Source: Paracoccus suum (GTDB taxonomy: Bacteria; Pseudomonadota; Alphaproteobacteria; Rhodobacterales; Rhodobacteraceae). From it: 32,000 nucleotides of DNA. The translations under genes and the position numbers were made by a program. Shown one piece after another: positions 17,179 through 25,616 of the stretch. Location of the stretch: NCBI RefSeq assembly GCF_003324675.1, contig NZ_CP030918.1:1860001-1892000 (forward strand), written 5' to 3'. A model generated the notes under the pieces. The model was not told the origin of the DNA. It ran no database searches and worked only from the letters and a program-made list of their open reading frames with translations. Each line of letters opens with the position of its first letter. The first letter of the stretch is position 1.

Positions 17179-19353
17179 TCAGACGGCTTCGGCGAGACCC
17201 AGCTTCGCGACGAAAGCGCTGCGGTAGAGTTGCGACAACTCCGCCAATGGCGCCGCGTCACCGCCAAATGCTACCTGAGCGCCGCCAAAGCTGCCAATCC
17301 GCCGGACCGGAACGCTGGCGGAATTTGCCGCGGCCAGCAGGCTGTCGGCGTCGCCGGTCGTGCAGGCCACGAGATAGCGGGCCTGATCCTCACCGAACAG
17401 ATCGGCGATCTCGCCGGCGTCCAGCGTGACGCCGGTCCGTCCCGCCTCGGCCATCTCGAAGGCCGCGAGGGCCAGACCGCCGTCCGACAGATCGGTGCAG
17501 GCCGACAGCAGCTTACGGTTCGCGAGGATGAACTCGCCATGTTTGCGCTCGGCAGACAGGTCCACCGGCGGGGCGTCGCCACTCTCGATCCCGAAGGCTT
17601 CGTAGGCGAGGGCGGACTGGCCCAGATGGCCGCGCGTCTCGCCGATCAGGATCGCGATATCGCCGTCCTCGGGCAGGCCCGCGATCAGGTCGTCCAGCCG
17701 GTCCAGCAGGCCGACGCCGCCGATGGTCGGGGTCGGCATGATGCCCGTGCCATCCGTCTCGTTATAGAGCGACACGTTGCCGGACACGATCGGGAAGTCG
17801 AGCGCGGTGCAGGCCTCGCCGATGCCCTGGATCGCACCGACCAACTGACCCATGATCGCCGGCTTTTCCGGGTTGCCGAAGTTCAGGTTGTCGGTCGCGG
17901 CGAGCGGCCGCGCGCCGACCGCAACCAGGTTGCGCCATGCCTCGGCAACGGCCTGACGGCCGCCCTGCACCGGGTTGGCGCGGACGTAGCGCGGGGTCAC
18001 GTCGCTGGTGAAGGCAAGCGCCTTGTCTGTGCCATGGACCCGCACCACCCCGGCGCCGAGGCCGGGGCGGCGCACCGTGTCGGCGCCGACCTGGGTATCA
18101 TACTGCTCCCACACCCAGGATTTGCAGGCGTGGTTCGGGCTGCCGATCAGCGCCTTCAGCGCCGCGATGGGCGTGATGGCGGGCAAGTCCGGCATGGCGC
18201 CCGCTGCGGGGGTAGGGGTCCACGGCCGGTCGTATTCCGGCGCCGACGAGGCCAGCTTCGACAGCGGCAGGTCGGCCATGACCGAATTGCCGAGCATTAT
18301 CAGGAACCGGTCCTCGGCAATCGTCTCGCCCACGACGGCGAAATCAAGGTCCCATTTCTCGAAGATGGCGCGCGCCTCGGCCTCTTTCTCGGGCTTGAGG
18401 ACCATGAGCATGCGCTCCTGGCTCTCGGACAGCATCATCTCGTAGGCGGTCATCGCCGGCTCGCGGACCGGCACGCGGTCCAGATCGAGCCGGATGCCGA
18501 GGCCGCCCTTGTCGCCCATCTCGACCGCCGAACAGGTCAGGCCCGCCGCGCCCATGTCCTGGATCGAGATGACGCTGTCCGAGGCCATCAGTTCGAGGCA
18601 GGCCTCGAGCAGGCATTTCTCGGTGAAGGGATCGCCCACCTGCACCGTGGGACGCTTTTCCTCGATGCTGTCGTCGAACTCGGCACTGGCCATGGTCGCA
18701 CCGCCGACGCCATCGCGGCCGGTCTTGGCGCCGAGATAGACGACTGGCATGCCGACGCCCGAAGCGGCGGAATAGAAGATGCGGTCCGCCGGGGCGATAC
18801 CGGCGGCAAAGGCGTTCACGAGGCAGTTTCCGTCATAGCTGGAATGAAAGCGCACCTCGCCGCCGACGTTGGGCACGCCAAAGGCGTTGCCATAGCCGCC
18901 GATCCCCTCGACCACGCCGCGCACCAGATGGGCGGTCTTGGGATGGTCGGGGCGGCCAAAGGACAGCGCGTCCATCGCCGCCACCGGCCGCGCGCCCATG
19001 GTGAACACATCACGCAGGATGCCGCCGACGCCCGTCGCGGCGCCCTGATACGGCTCGATATAGCTGGGATGGTTGTGGCTCTCCATCTTGAAGACCACGG
19101 CGAGGCCGTCGCCGATATCAACCACGCCGGCATTTTCTCCGGGGCCGCAGATCACCTGCGGGCCGGTGGTCGGCAGGGTGCGCAGCCAGCGTTTGCTCGA
19201 CTTGTAGCTGCAATGCTCGTTCCACATCGCGGAAAAGATGCCGAGTTCCGTGAACGTCGGCGCGCGGCCCAGCAACTCGAGGATGCGTGCATATTCATCG
19301 GGCTTGAGGCCATGGGCGGTGATCAGTTCCGGCGTGATCTGTGGCTCTGACAT
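17179..19353 (-). CDS. purL: Phosphoribosylformylglycinamidine synthase subunit PurL
   Basis: The ORF 17179..19395 was trimmed to the ATG at 19353 ([11 protein letters not shown]...). Motifs [24 protein letters not shown] and ESHNHPS are present. The 724-aa length is typical of the small-type PurL. Confidence 0.95.
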   Translation of the reverse strand: MSEPQITPELITAHGLKPDEYARILELLGRAPTFTELGIFSAMWNEHCSYKSSKRWLRTLPTTGPQVICGPGENAGVVDIGDGLAVVFKMESHNHPSYIEPYQGAATGVGGILRDVFTMGARPVAAMDALSFGRPDHPKTAHLVRGVVEGIGGYGNAFGVPNVGGEVRFHSSYDGNCLVNAFAAGIAPADRIFYSAASGVGMPVVYLGAKTGRDGVGGATMASAEFDDSIEEKRPTVQVGDPFTEKCLLEACLELMASDSVISIQDMGAAGLTCSAVEMGDKGGLGIRLDLDRVPVREPAMTAYEMMLSESQERMLMVLKPEKEAEARAIFEKWDLDFAVVGETIAEDRFLIMLGNSVMADLPLSKLASSAPEYDRPWTPTPAAGAMPDLPAITPIAALKALIGSPNHACKSWVWEQYDTQVGADTVRRPGLGAGVVRVHGTDKALAFTSDVTPRYVRANPVQGGRQAVAEAWRNLVAVGARPLAATDNLNFGNPEKPAIMGQLVGAIQGIGEACTALDFPIVSGNVSLYNETDGTGIMPTPTIGGVGLLDRLDDLIAGLPEDGDIAILIGETRGHLGQSALAYEAFGIESGDAPPVDLSAERKHGEFILANRKLLSACTDLSDGGLALAAFEMAEAGRTGVTLDAGEIADLFGEDQARYLVACTTGDADSLLAAANSASVPVRRIGSFGGAQVAFGGDAAPLAELSQLYRSAFVAKLGLAEAV

Positions 19354-19494
19354 GACCCGTTGCCCCCTTTTGGCCGCAACACGCGGCGCCTCCAAGCGCC
19401 GCGGTTCTAGCCTGCCCGAGGGGGTGGGGGAAAGGGCCCGGAAGGGTTCAGACGGTCCGACTGGATTTGCGTGTCAAGCCGCTGGACGCAGGCC

Positions 19495-19521
19495 AAAAAA
19501 AAGCCGGGCACGAGGCCCGGC
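19495..19521 (-). terminator. Strong intrinsic terminator (minus strand)
   Basis: The minus strand reads GCCGGGC-CUCGU-GCCCGGC followed by U8 (A-run 19495-19502 on the + strand). Confidence 0.85.
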
Positions 19522-19578
19522 CTAAGTCCAACAGGGAGGTGAAGCCAAGGGGTCGGTCGCCCGACCCATCGCCTTCAC
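19495..19578 (-). ncRNA. Candidate ~84-nt trans-acting small RNA (or lysR 3'UTR-derived RNA) with a CCUCCC anti-SD motif
   Basis: Minus strand: GUGAAG-GCGAU-GGGUCGG-GCGA-CCGACCC-CUUGG-CUUCAC (a 6+7 bp hairpin with a GNRA loop). This is followed by the single-stranded CUCCCUGUUGGACUUAG and then the terminator hairpin plus U8. A sigma-70-like promoter lies immediately upstream. Confidence 0.35.
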
Positions 19579-19584
19579 GAAATG

Positions 19585-19612
19585 AGATATGGCGAGAGGG
19601 GCGCCGCATCAA
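19585..19612 (-). promoter_or_regulatory. Candidate sigma-70-type promoter for the small RNA
   Basis: The minus strand reads TTGATG-N16-ATATCT, with a G 7 nt downstream (19578) that is the first base of the hairpin. It lies 32-59 nt downstream of the lysR stop codon. Confidence 0.35.
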
Positions 19613-19643
19613 GGCGTGGGTGTGCGTGCCAGGGGCAAACCCG

Positions 19644-20576
19644 CTATGCGTGTCCGGTATGGCTCTCGCCCTCGGCCACCAGAGCGTGCTGGACGCGGCG
19701 CCAGGCCTGGATTTCCTCCAGCACGAAATCGCGGAACGCAGTGACCCGGCGCGAGGCGCGCAGTTCCTCCGGAAAGGCAAGGAAAACCGGGACTTCGCCG
19801 GATTCCACGTCCGCCAGAACGCGCACTAGGCGGTTGGGAAAATCATTGGTCAGGTAGTCCGGCAGGATGCCGATCCCGACCTGCGACAGCACGGCCTGCA
19901 GCACGCCGAAGTAATTGTTCACCGCCAAGGTCGAGCGCGGATTTTGCGCGAGCAGCGTCTGCACGAGGCTGGCCCCCGCAGACACCTGCGGCGTCGTCGG
20001 ATTCTGGCAAATGATACGGTGCGTCGCGAGGTCCGAGAGCTGTTCGGGGATGCCGTTCTCGGCCAAGTATTCGGGGGTGGCATAAAGCCGCATGCGGATG
20101 TTCAGCAGCCGGCGGCGGATCAGGTCGGACTGCGACGGCTCTTTCATGCGGATCGCGACATCGGCCTCGCGCATGGGCAGGTCCAGCACCCGTTCCTCGA
20201 GCATCAGATCGATCTTGAGGTCCGGGTAGCGCGCGTAAAGGCGCGGCAGGCGCGGCACCAGCCACAGCGTGCCGAAGCCGGTCGCGGTCGTGACCTTCAA
20301 TTCGCCGAAGACATGCTCCTCGCTGTCGCGGATGCGGGCCGAGGCGGTATCAAGCCGCTTGGTGATGCTGCGCGTCGCCTCGAACAGCAACTCGCCCTGC
20401 TCGGTCAGGATCAGCCCGCGCGCATGGCGGTGAAAGAGAGTCGTCGACAGTGATTCTTCCAGCGCCCGGATTTGCCGGCTGACCGCAGATTGCGACAGAT
20501 GCAGCGCGTCGCCGGCATGGGTCAGGCTGCCGGCGTCCGCAACCGCGTGAAAGATTCTCAGCTTGTCCCAGTCCAT
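19644..20576 (-). CDS. LysR family transcriptional regulator (LsrB/VtlR-like by N-terminal signature)
   Basis: The ORF 19644..20627 was trimmed to the ATG at 20576 (MDWDKLRIFHAVADAGSLTHAGDALHLSQSAVSRQIRALEESL...FHRHARGLILTEQGE). This is a wHTH plus a LysR substrate-binding domain. The gene is divergent from the ior-family gene. Confidence 0.88.
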   Translation of the reverse strand: MDWDKLRIFHAVADAGSLTHAGDALHLSQSAVSRQIRALEESLSTTLFHRHARGLILTEQGELLFEATRSITKRLDTASARIRDSEEHVFGELKVTTATGFGTLWLVPRLPRLYARYPDLKIDLMLEERVLDLPMREADVAIRMKEPSQSDLIRRRLLNIRMRLYATPEYLAENGIPEQLSDLATHRIICQNPTTPQVSAGASLVQTLLAQNPRSTLAVNNYFGVLQAVLSQVGIGILPDYLTNDFPNRLVRVLADVESGEVPVFLAFPEELRASRRVTAFRDFVLEEIQAWRRVQHALVAEGESHTGHA

Positions 20577-20613
20577 TGCTTTGCGATCCTTGCGGGGCAG
20601 GCTTGCGTTCGGT

Positions 20614-20646
20614 GCAATCCTTACCATTGCGATTGTCGCTAGCGAA
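20614..20646. promoter_or_regulatory. Candidate LysR-type operator dyads in the lysR/ior divergent region
   Basis: GCAAT-N7-ATTGC (20614-20630) is followed by the perfect 10-bp palindrome TCGCTAGCGA (20636-20645), which sits inside a T-N11-A frame (T20634...A20646). The palindrome is centred roughly 55-60 nt upstream of the predicted ior transcription start. Confidence 0.4.
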
Positions 20647-20662
20647 ACAGGAAGTTTGCGCT

Positions 20663-20690
20663 TTGTGGGTCACAGTTTCTGACCTATACT
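20663..20690 (+). promoter_or_regulatory. Candidate sigma-70 promoter for the ior-family gene
   Basis: TTGTGG-N16-TATACT, about 30 nt upstream of the GGGGAGGG Shine-Dalgarno sequence and the ATG at 20720. Confidence 0.3.
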
Positions 20691-20719
20691 TGAGCGATCA
20701 TAACGCTGGGGAGGGCGGA

Positions 20720-23700
20720 ATGAGCAAACACGCCGAGTTTTCACTCGCCGACCGTTTTGACCTCACCAAGCGCAGCGTCCTGCTGAACGGCACCCAGGCC
20801 CTTGTCCGGTTGATGCTGATGCAGGCCGCGCGCGATCGGGCCGCAGGTCTGGACACCGCGGGCTTCGTCACCGGCTACCGCGGCAGCCCGCTGGGCGGGG
20901 TCGATCTGCAGATGGCCCGCCAGAAGAAAGAGCTGGCGGCCGCCAATATCCTGTTCCAGCCGGGCCTGAACGAGGACCTGGCCGCGACAGCCATCTGGGG
21001 CAGCCAGCAGGCCGAGTTGCGCGGCGAGGGGCGCCATCAGGGCGTCTTCGCTCTGTGGTATGGCAAGGGGCCGGGCGTCGACCGCTCGGGCGACGTCATG
21101 CGCCATGGAAACATGGCCGGCAGCAGCCGCTATGGCGGCGTCATCATGGCCATGGGCGACGACCACACCGGCGAGAGCAGCACGGTGCTGCACCAGTCCG
21201 ACTGGGCCATGGTCGATGCCTATATGCCCGTGCTGTCCCCGGCCGGGGTGCAGGAAATCCTCGACTACGGCCTTTACGGCTATGCCTTGTCGCGCTTCTC
21301 CGGCCTGTGGGTTGGCCTGAAGACGATGAAGGACACGGTGGAGGCGACCAGCGTCGTCGATGGCGATCCGATGCGGCTTTCTTTCGTTACGCCAGCCGAT
21401 TTCCCGATGCCCGAAGGCGGCCTGAACATCCGTCTCGGCGATACGCCGGTCATCCAGGAAGCGCGGATGATCGACCACAAGCGCTTTGCGGCCGAGGCGT
21501 TCAGCCGCGCCAACCGCATGGACAAGCGGATGTGGGGCAAGCCTGGGGCCAAGCTGGGCTTTGTGGCGGCGGGCAAGAACTGGCTGGACCTGGTCCACGC
21601 CTTTGGCCTGCTCGGCATCGACGAGGCCGAGGCCGAGCGGCTCGGCATCACCCTCTACAAGGTCGGCCAGACCTGGCCGCTGGACATGGTCAGCTTTCAC
21701 GACTGGGCCGAGGGACTGGCTGTCATCACCGTGGTCGAGGAAAAGCGCAAGCTGATCGAGGTCCAGGTCAAGGAAGCGATCTTCGACGACCGGCGCGGCC
21801 GTGTTCTGGGCTGGAAGCACGACCGGACCCATGAAGAACTGTTCCCGACCCGCTATGCGCTGGACCCGGTCGGCATCGCCGAAAAGATCGGCGGCATCCT
21901 GATCGAGGAAGGCCGTGGTACCGACGCGCTGCGCGCCGGGCTGGACCGCATCCGCGAGGCGCGCCGCGCCGACAACGCGCCCGAGATCGCCGCCCGCACG
22001 CCGTGGTTCTGCTCGGGCTGCCCGCACAACACCAGCACCCGTCTGCCCGAGGGCAGCCGCGCCTATGCCGGCATCGGCTGTCACTACATGGTGCAGTGGA
22101 TGGGCCGCGAGACCAACGGCTTCACCCATATGGGCGGCGAGGGCGTGAACTGGGTCGGCGAGGCGCCCTTCAGCAAAAGAAAGCACGTCTTTCAGAATCT
22201 TGGCGACGGAACCTACAACCATTCAGGTAGCCTCGCGATCCGCGCGGCGCTCGCCGCCGGGACCAACATCACCTACAAGATTCTGTTCAACGACGCCGTC
22301 GCCATGACCGGCGGCCAGCCGAACGAGGGCGGGCTGACCGCCGCCCAGATCGCACGCGAGTTGACCGCCATGGGCGTCGATCCGGTGATCGTCGTGCATG
22401 ACGAGAAAGAGGATGTCCGCGCCGACGACTTCCCCGGCCTGATCCTGCGTCCGCGCAGCGAGTTGATGGCCACCCAGCGCGAGCTTGAGGAGGCGCCGGG
22501 CGTCAGCGCGATCCTCTATATCCAGACCTGCGCCGCGGAAAAACGCCGTCGCCGCAAGAAGGGTGCCTTTCCCGACCCCGACACCCGCATCTGGATCAAC
22601 CCCGAGGTCTGTGAGGGCTGCGGCGATTGCAGCGTCCAGTCAAACTGCGTCAGCGTGGTGCCGCTGGACACTGCGCTGGGCCGCAAGCGTGCCATCGACC
22701 AGTCGTCCTGCAACAAGGATTACAGCTGCGTCAAAGGCTTCTGCCCCTCCTTTGTCAGCGTCCATGGCGGCAAGCCGCGCAAGCCGGCGGCTGCTGCGTT
22801 CGATCTGCCCGACCTGCCGCATCCGGTGATGCCGGCGATCCATGGCACCCATAACATCGTCATTACCGGTGTTGGCGGCACTGGCGTCGTGACCATCGGC
22901 GCAGTGCTGGCGCAGGCTGCCCAACTGGACGGCAAGGGCGCGGGCATGATGGAGATGGCGGGCCTCGCCCAGAAGGGCGGCGCTGTGCATATCCACCTGC
23001 GTCTTGCCGAAAAACCTTCCGACATAAGCGCCATCCGCGTCGCGGTGGGCGAGGCGGATTGCGTCATCGGCGGCGATCTGGTGGTCACCGCCGGGGCCCG
23101 CACCCTTGGACTAATGACCACCGGCCGCACCGGGGCCGTGGTCAACGACCATGAGATCATCACTGGCGAGTTCACCCGCGACCGCGATTTCCGCCTGCCC
23201 TCGGGGCGCCTCAAGCTCAGCCTCGAGGCGCGGCTAAAGGATCGGCTGGCCTTCTTCGACGCCTCGCAACTGGCGCTGAAGCTGATGGGGGATTCGATCT
23301 ATTCCAACATGATCGTCACCGGTGCGGCCTGGCAGCGCGGGCTGATCCCGCTGTCCGAGGTGGCGATCCTGCGCGCAATCGAGATGAACGGCGCCCAGGT
23401 TGCGGCCAATCAGCGCGCCTTCCAGATCGGCCGCTGGGCGGTGATCCACCCGGCGGACGTGGCGGCCGTGATTGCCCCGCCGGCGGCCGACACGCCTGCC
23501 GATCCGGTCGCCGACCGTGCCGCCCGGCTGGTGGGTTACCAGAACGAGGCGCTCGCCCGACGATTCATGGCGCTGGTCGATGCGGCGCCCCCGGCGCTGC
23601 GCGGCGATGTCGCCGAGGGCTATTACAAGCTGCTGGCCTACAAGGACGAATACGAGGTCGCGCGCCTGCACCTACAGACTGCCGCCCGGGTCGCCGAAAG

Positions 23701-24115
23701 TTTCGAGGGTGATGTCCGCCTGTCGTTCCATCTGGCCCCGCCGGTCCTGCCGGGACGCGATGCAGACGGGCGGCCGAAAAAGCGGACTTTCGGGCCGTGG
23801 ATGCTGCCGGTGTTCCGCGCGCTCGCCAGCCTCAAGGGCCTGCGCGGCACGCCGCTCGACCCCTTTGGTTACCTCGGTGAGCGTCGGCGCGAGCGTCAGG
23901 CGATCAGCGATTACGAGGCGATGATGCGCGAGGTGTTGCCGGCCGTCACCCCGGCCACCGAGGGTATTGCGCGCGAACTGGCGCGCCTGCCGCTGGAGGT
24001 GAAGGGCTACGGCATGATCAAGGACGCCGCCGCCGAAAAGGCCTCCGACCGGGCCGCCGAACTGCTGGCCGCGTTCCGCACCGGCGGCACGCCCCTGCGT
24101 CACGCGGCTGAATAA
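20720..24115 (+). CDS. Indolepyruvate:ferredoxin oxidoreductase family protein (fused alpha/beta)
   Basis: The ORF 20576..24115 was trimmed to the ATG at 20720 (MSKHAEFSLADRFDL...). It has LNGTQALVRL, FVTGYRGSPLGG and a TPP-type GDGTYNHSG motif. There is also a ferredoxin-like Cys cluster (CEGCGDCSVQSNC) and a C-terminal IorB-like domain. The 1131-aa length is typical of the fused form. Confidence 0.9.
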   Translation: MSKHAEFSLADRFDLTKRSVLLNGTQALVRLMLMQAARDRAAGLDTAGFVTGYRGSPLGGVDLQMARQKKELAAANILFQPGLNEDLAATAIWGSQQAELRGEGRHQGVFALWYGKGPGVDRSGDVMRHGNMAGSSRYGGVIMAMGDDHTGESSTVLHQSDWAMVDAYMPVLSPAGVQEILDYGLYGYALSRFSGLWVGLKTMKDTVEATSVVDGDPMRLSFVTPADFPMPEGGLNIRLGDTPVIQEARMIDHKRFAAEAFSRANRMDKRMWGKPGAKLGFVAAGKNWLDLVHAFGLLGIDEAEAERLGITLYKVGQTWPLDMVSFHDWAEGLAVITVVEEKRKLIEVQVKEAIFDDRRGRVLGWKHDRTHEELFPTRYALDPVGIAEKIGGILIEEGRGTDALRAGLDRIREARRADNAPEIAARTPWFCSGCPHNTSTRLPEGSRAYAGIGCHYMVQWMGRETNGFTHMGGEGVNWVGEAPFSKRKHVFQNLGDGTYNHSGSLAIRAALAAGTNITYKILFNDAVAMTGGQPNEGGLTAAQIARELTAMGVDPVIVVHDEKEDVRADDFPGLILRPRSELMATQRELEEAPGVSAILYIQTCAAEKRRRRKKGAFPDPDTRIWINPEVCEGCGDCSVQSNCVSVVPLDTALGRKRAIDQSSCNKDYSCVKGFCPSFVSVHGGKPRKPAAAAFDLPDLPHPVMPAIHGTHNIVITGVGGTGVVTIGAVLAQAAQLDGKGAGMMEMAGLAQKGGAVHIHLRLAEKPSDISAIRVAVGEADCVIGGDLVVTAGARTLGLMTTGRTGAVVNDHEIITGEFTRDRDFRLPSGRLKLSLEARLKDRLAFFDASQLALKLMGDSIYSNMIVTGAAWQRGLIPLSEVAILRAIEMNGAQVAANQRAFQIGRWAVIHPADVAAVIAPPAADTPADPVADRAARLVGYQNEALARRFMALVDAAPPALRGDVAEGYYKLLAYKDEYEVARLHLQTAARVAESFEGDVRLSFHLAPPVLPGRDADGRPKKRTFGPWMLPVFRALASLKGLRGTPLDPFGYLGERRRERQAISDYEAMMREVLPAVTPATEGIARELARLPLEVKGYGMIKDAAAEKASDRAAELLAAFRTGGTPLRHAAE

Positions 24116-24244
24116 AGGGTCGCGGGGCGGTGGCGCTTGGAGCGGCGAAACTGTCACGCCAAGCCTTTCGCAAGCGCCCGCAAGGTCATTTCCTTTGCAC
24201 CGCCCGCGTCCTAGAGAGGGCGCGCATAGGCGGAGGGGTGTCTC

Positions 24245-25057
24245 ATGGCGGTCGGCGTTTTCGATTCGGGCCTTGGCGGGCTGACCGTGCTTTCGGCGAT
24301 CCGCGAGGCCATGCCGGAGCTGCCGCTGGTTTATCTGGGCGATAACGCCCACGCCCCCTATGGCTCCCGCCCGGCGCAGGAAATCTATGACCTGACCTGC
24401 GCCTCGGTCGAGCGGCTCTGGGCCGAAGGCTGCGATCTGGTCATTCTGGCCTGCAACACCGCCAGTGCCGTCGCCCTCAAGCGCATGCAGGAAACCTGGA
24501 TCCCGGACGACAAGCGCGTGCTTGGTGTGTTCGTCCCGCTGATCGAGGCGCTGACCGAGCGGCAATGGGGCGACAGCTCGCCCCCGCGGCAGGTCGCGGT
24601 GCAGCATGTGGCACTGTTCGCGACGCCTGCAACCGTCGCCAGCCGGGCCTTCCAGCGCGAACTCGCGTTCCGGGCGGTCGGCGTCGATGTCGAGGGCCAG
24701 CCCTGCGGCGGCGTTGTCGATGCCATCGAGGAAGGAGACGAGATCCTCGCCGAAGCCCTGGTCACCAGCCATGTCGAGGCGCTGAAGCGGCGCATGCCGC
24801 ATCCGCAGGCCGCGGTCCTCGGCTGCACCCATTTCCCGCTGATGGAGCGCGCCTTCCAGGCCGCGCTCGGGCCGGGGGTGCGGGTTCTGTCACAGCCAAG
24901 ACTGGTGGCGGCCAGCTTGAAGGACTATCTTGACCGCCGTCCCGAGTTCATCGGCGCCGGTAGCGAGACCCGCTTTCTGACGACCGGCGATCCGGCCCGG
25001 GTGTCGACCAAGGCGACCCAGTTCCTGCGCCAGCCCATCGCCTTCGAGGCGGCATAA
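24245..25057 (+). CDS. murI: Glutamate racemase
   Basis: [12 protein letters not shown], the catalytic-Cys motifs LACNTASA and LGCTHFPL, and a GGAGGGG Shine-Dalgarno sequence upstream. Confidence 0.93.
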   Translation: MAVGVFDSGLGGLTVLSAIREAMPELPLVYLGDNAHAPYGSRPAQEIYDLTCASVERLWAEGCDLVILACNTASAVALKRMQETWIPDDKRVLGVFVPLIEALTERQWGDSSPPRQVAVQHVALFATPATVASRAFQRELAFRAVGVDVEGQPCGGVVDAIEEGDEILAEALVTSHVEALKRRMPHPQAAVLGCTHFPLMERAFQAALGPGVRVLSQPRLVAASLKDYLDRRPEFIGAGSETRFLTTGDPARVSTKATQFLRQPIAFEAA

Positions 25058-25075
25058 GATATTTGAGGCCATGCC

Positions 25076-25528
25076 ATGAAATCGCTCAAGAAAAAGCGTC
25101 GTATCCAGGTTCTGATCGCGGCCGGCGCGGCGCTGCTGATCGCCGCCGTCCTGATCGGATACGGCTTTCGCGATGGCATCAACCTCTATCGCTCGCCCAG
25201 CCAGGTGGCCAGCGATCCGCCGCGCGAGGGCGAGGTGTTCCGCCTCGGCGGGTTGGTCGAAGAGGGCACCCTCAAGCGCGGACAGGGCCACGAGGTGAGC
25301 TTTACCGTCACCGACACCGCCAAGACCGTCCCGGTCCGCTTTGCCGGCATCCTGCCCGACCTCTTCGAGGAAGGTCAGGGCATGATCGGCACTGGCAGCA
25401 TGCAGGGCGGCGTGTTCGTCGCCAACGAGATCCTCGCCAAGCATGACGAGAGCTATGTCCCGCGTGAAGTGGTCGAATCGCTGAAGTCGCAGGGCGTCTA
25501 CGTCGACCCCAAAGCCCCCAACAGCTGA
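25076..25528 (+). CDS. ccmE: Cytochrome c maturation heme chaperone CcmE
   Basis: N-terminal anchor KKKRRIQVLIAAGAALLIAAVL, an OB-fold core, and the heme-binding LAKHDESYVP (HxxxY) motif. Confidence 0.95.
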   Translation: MKSLKKKRRIQVLIAAGAALLIAAVLIGYGFRDGINLYRSPSQVASDPPREGEVFRLGGLVEEGTLKRGQGHEVSFTVTDTAKTVPVRFAGILPDLFEEGQGMIGTGSMQGGVFVANEILAKHDESYVPREVVESLKSQGVYVDPKAPNS

Positions 25529-25554
25529 CCGCGCCCGGCGCAACGCACGTACCG

Positions 25555-25570
25555 CTAAGACCCCGTTAAC
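25555..25570 (+). promoter_or_regulatory. CtrA-box-like motif upstream of the endolysin gene
   Basis: CTAA-GACCCCG-TTAAC compared with the consensus TTAA-N7-TTAAC (one mismatch). It lies 47 nt upstream of the ATG at 25617. Confidence 0.4.
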
Positions 25571-25586
25571 CGTCACCCGGCACATT

Positions 25587-25608
25587 CCCTCGCCACGGGA
25601 TGCGAGGG
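25587..25608 (+). promoter_or_regulatory. Hairpin occluding the endolysin Shine-Dalgarno sequence
   Basis: CCCUCGC-CACGGGAU-GCGAGGG is a 7-bp stem. Its 3' arm contains the only Shine-Dalgarno-like element (GAGGG, 25604-25608), 8 nt upstream of the start codon. Confidence 0.4.
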
Positions 25609-25616
25609 CAGCAGGC

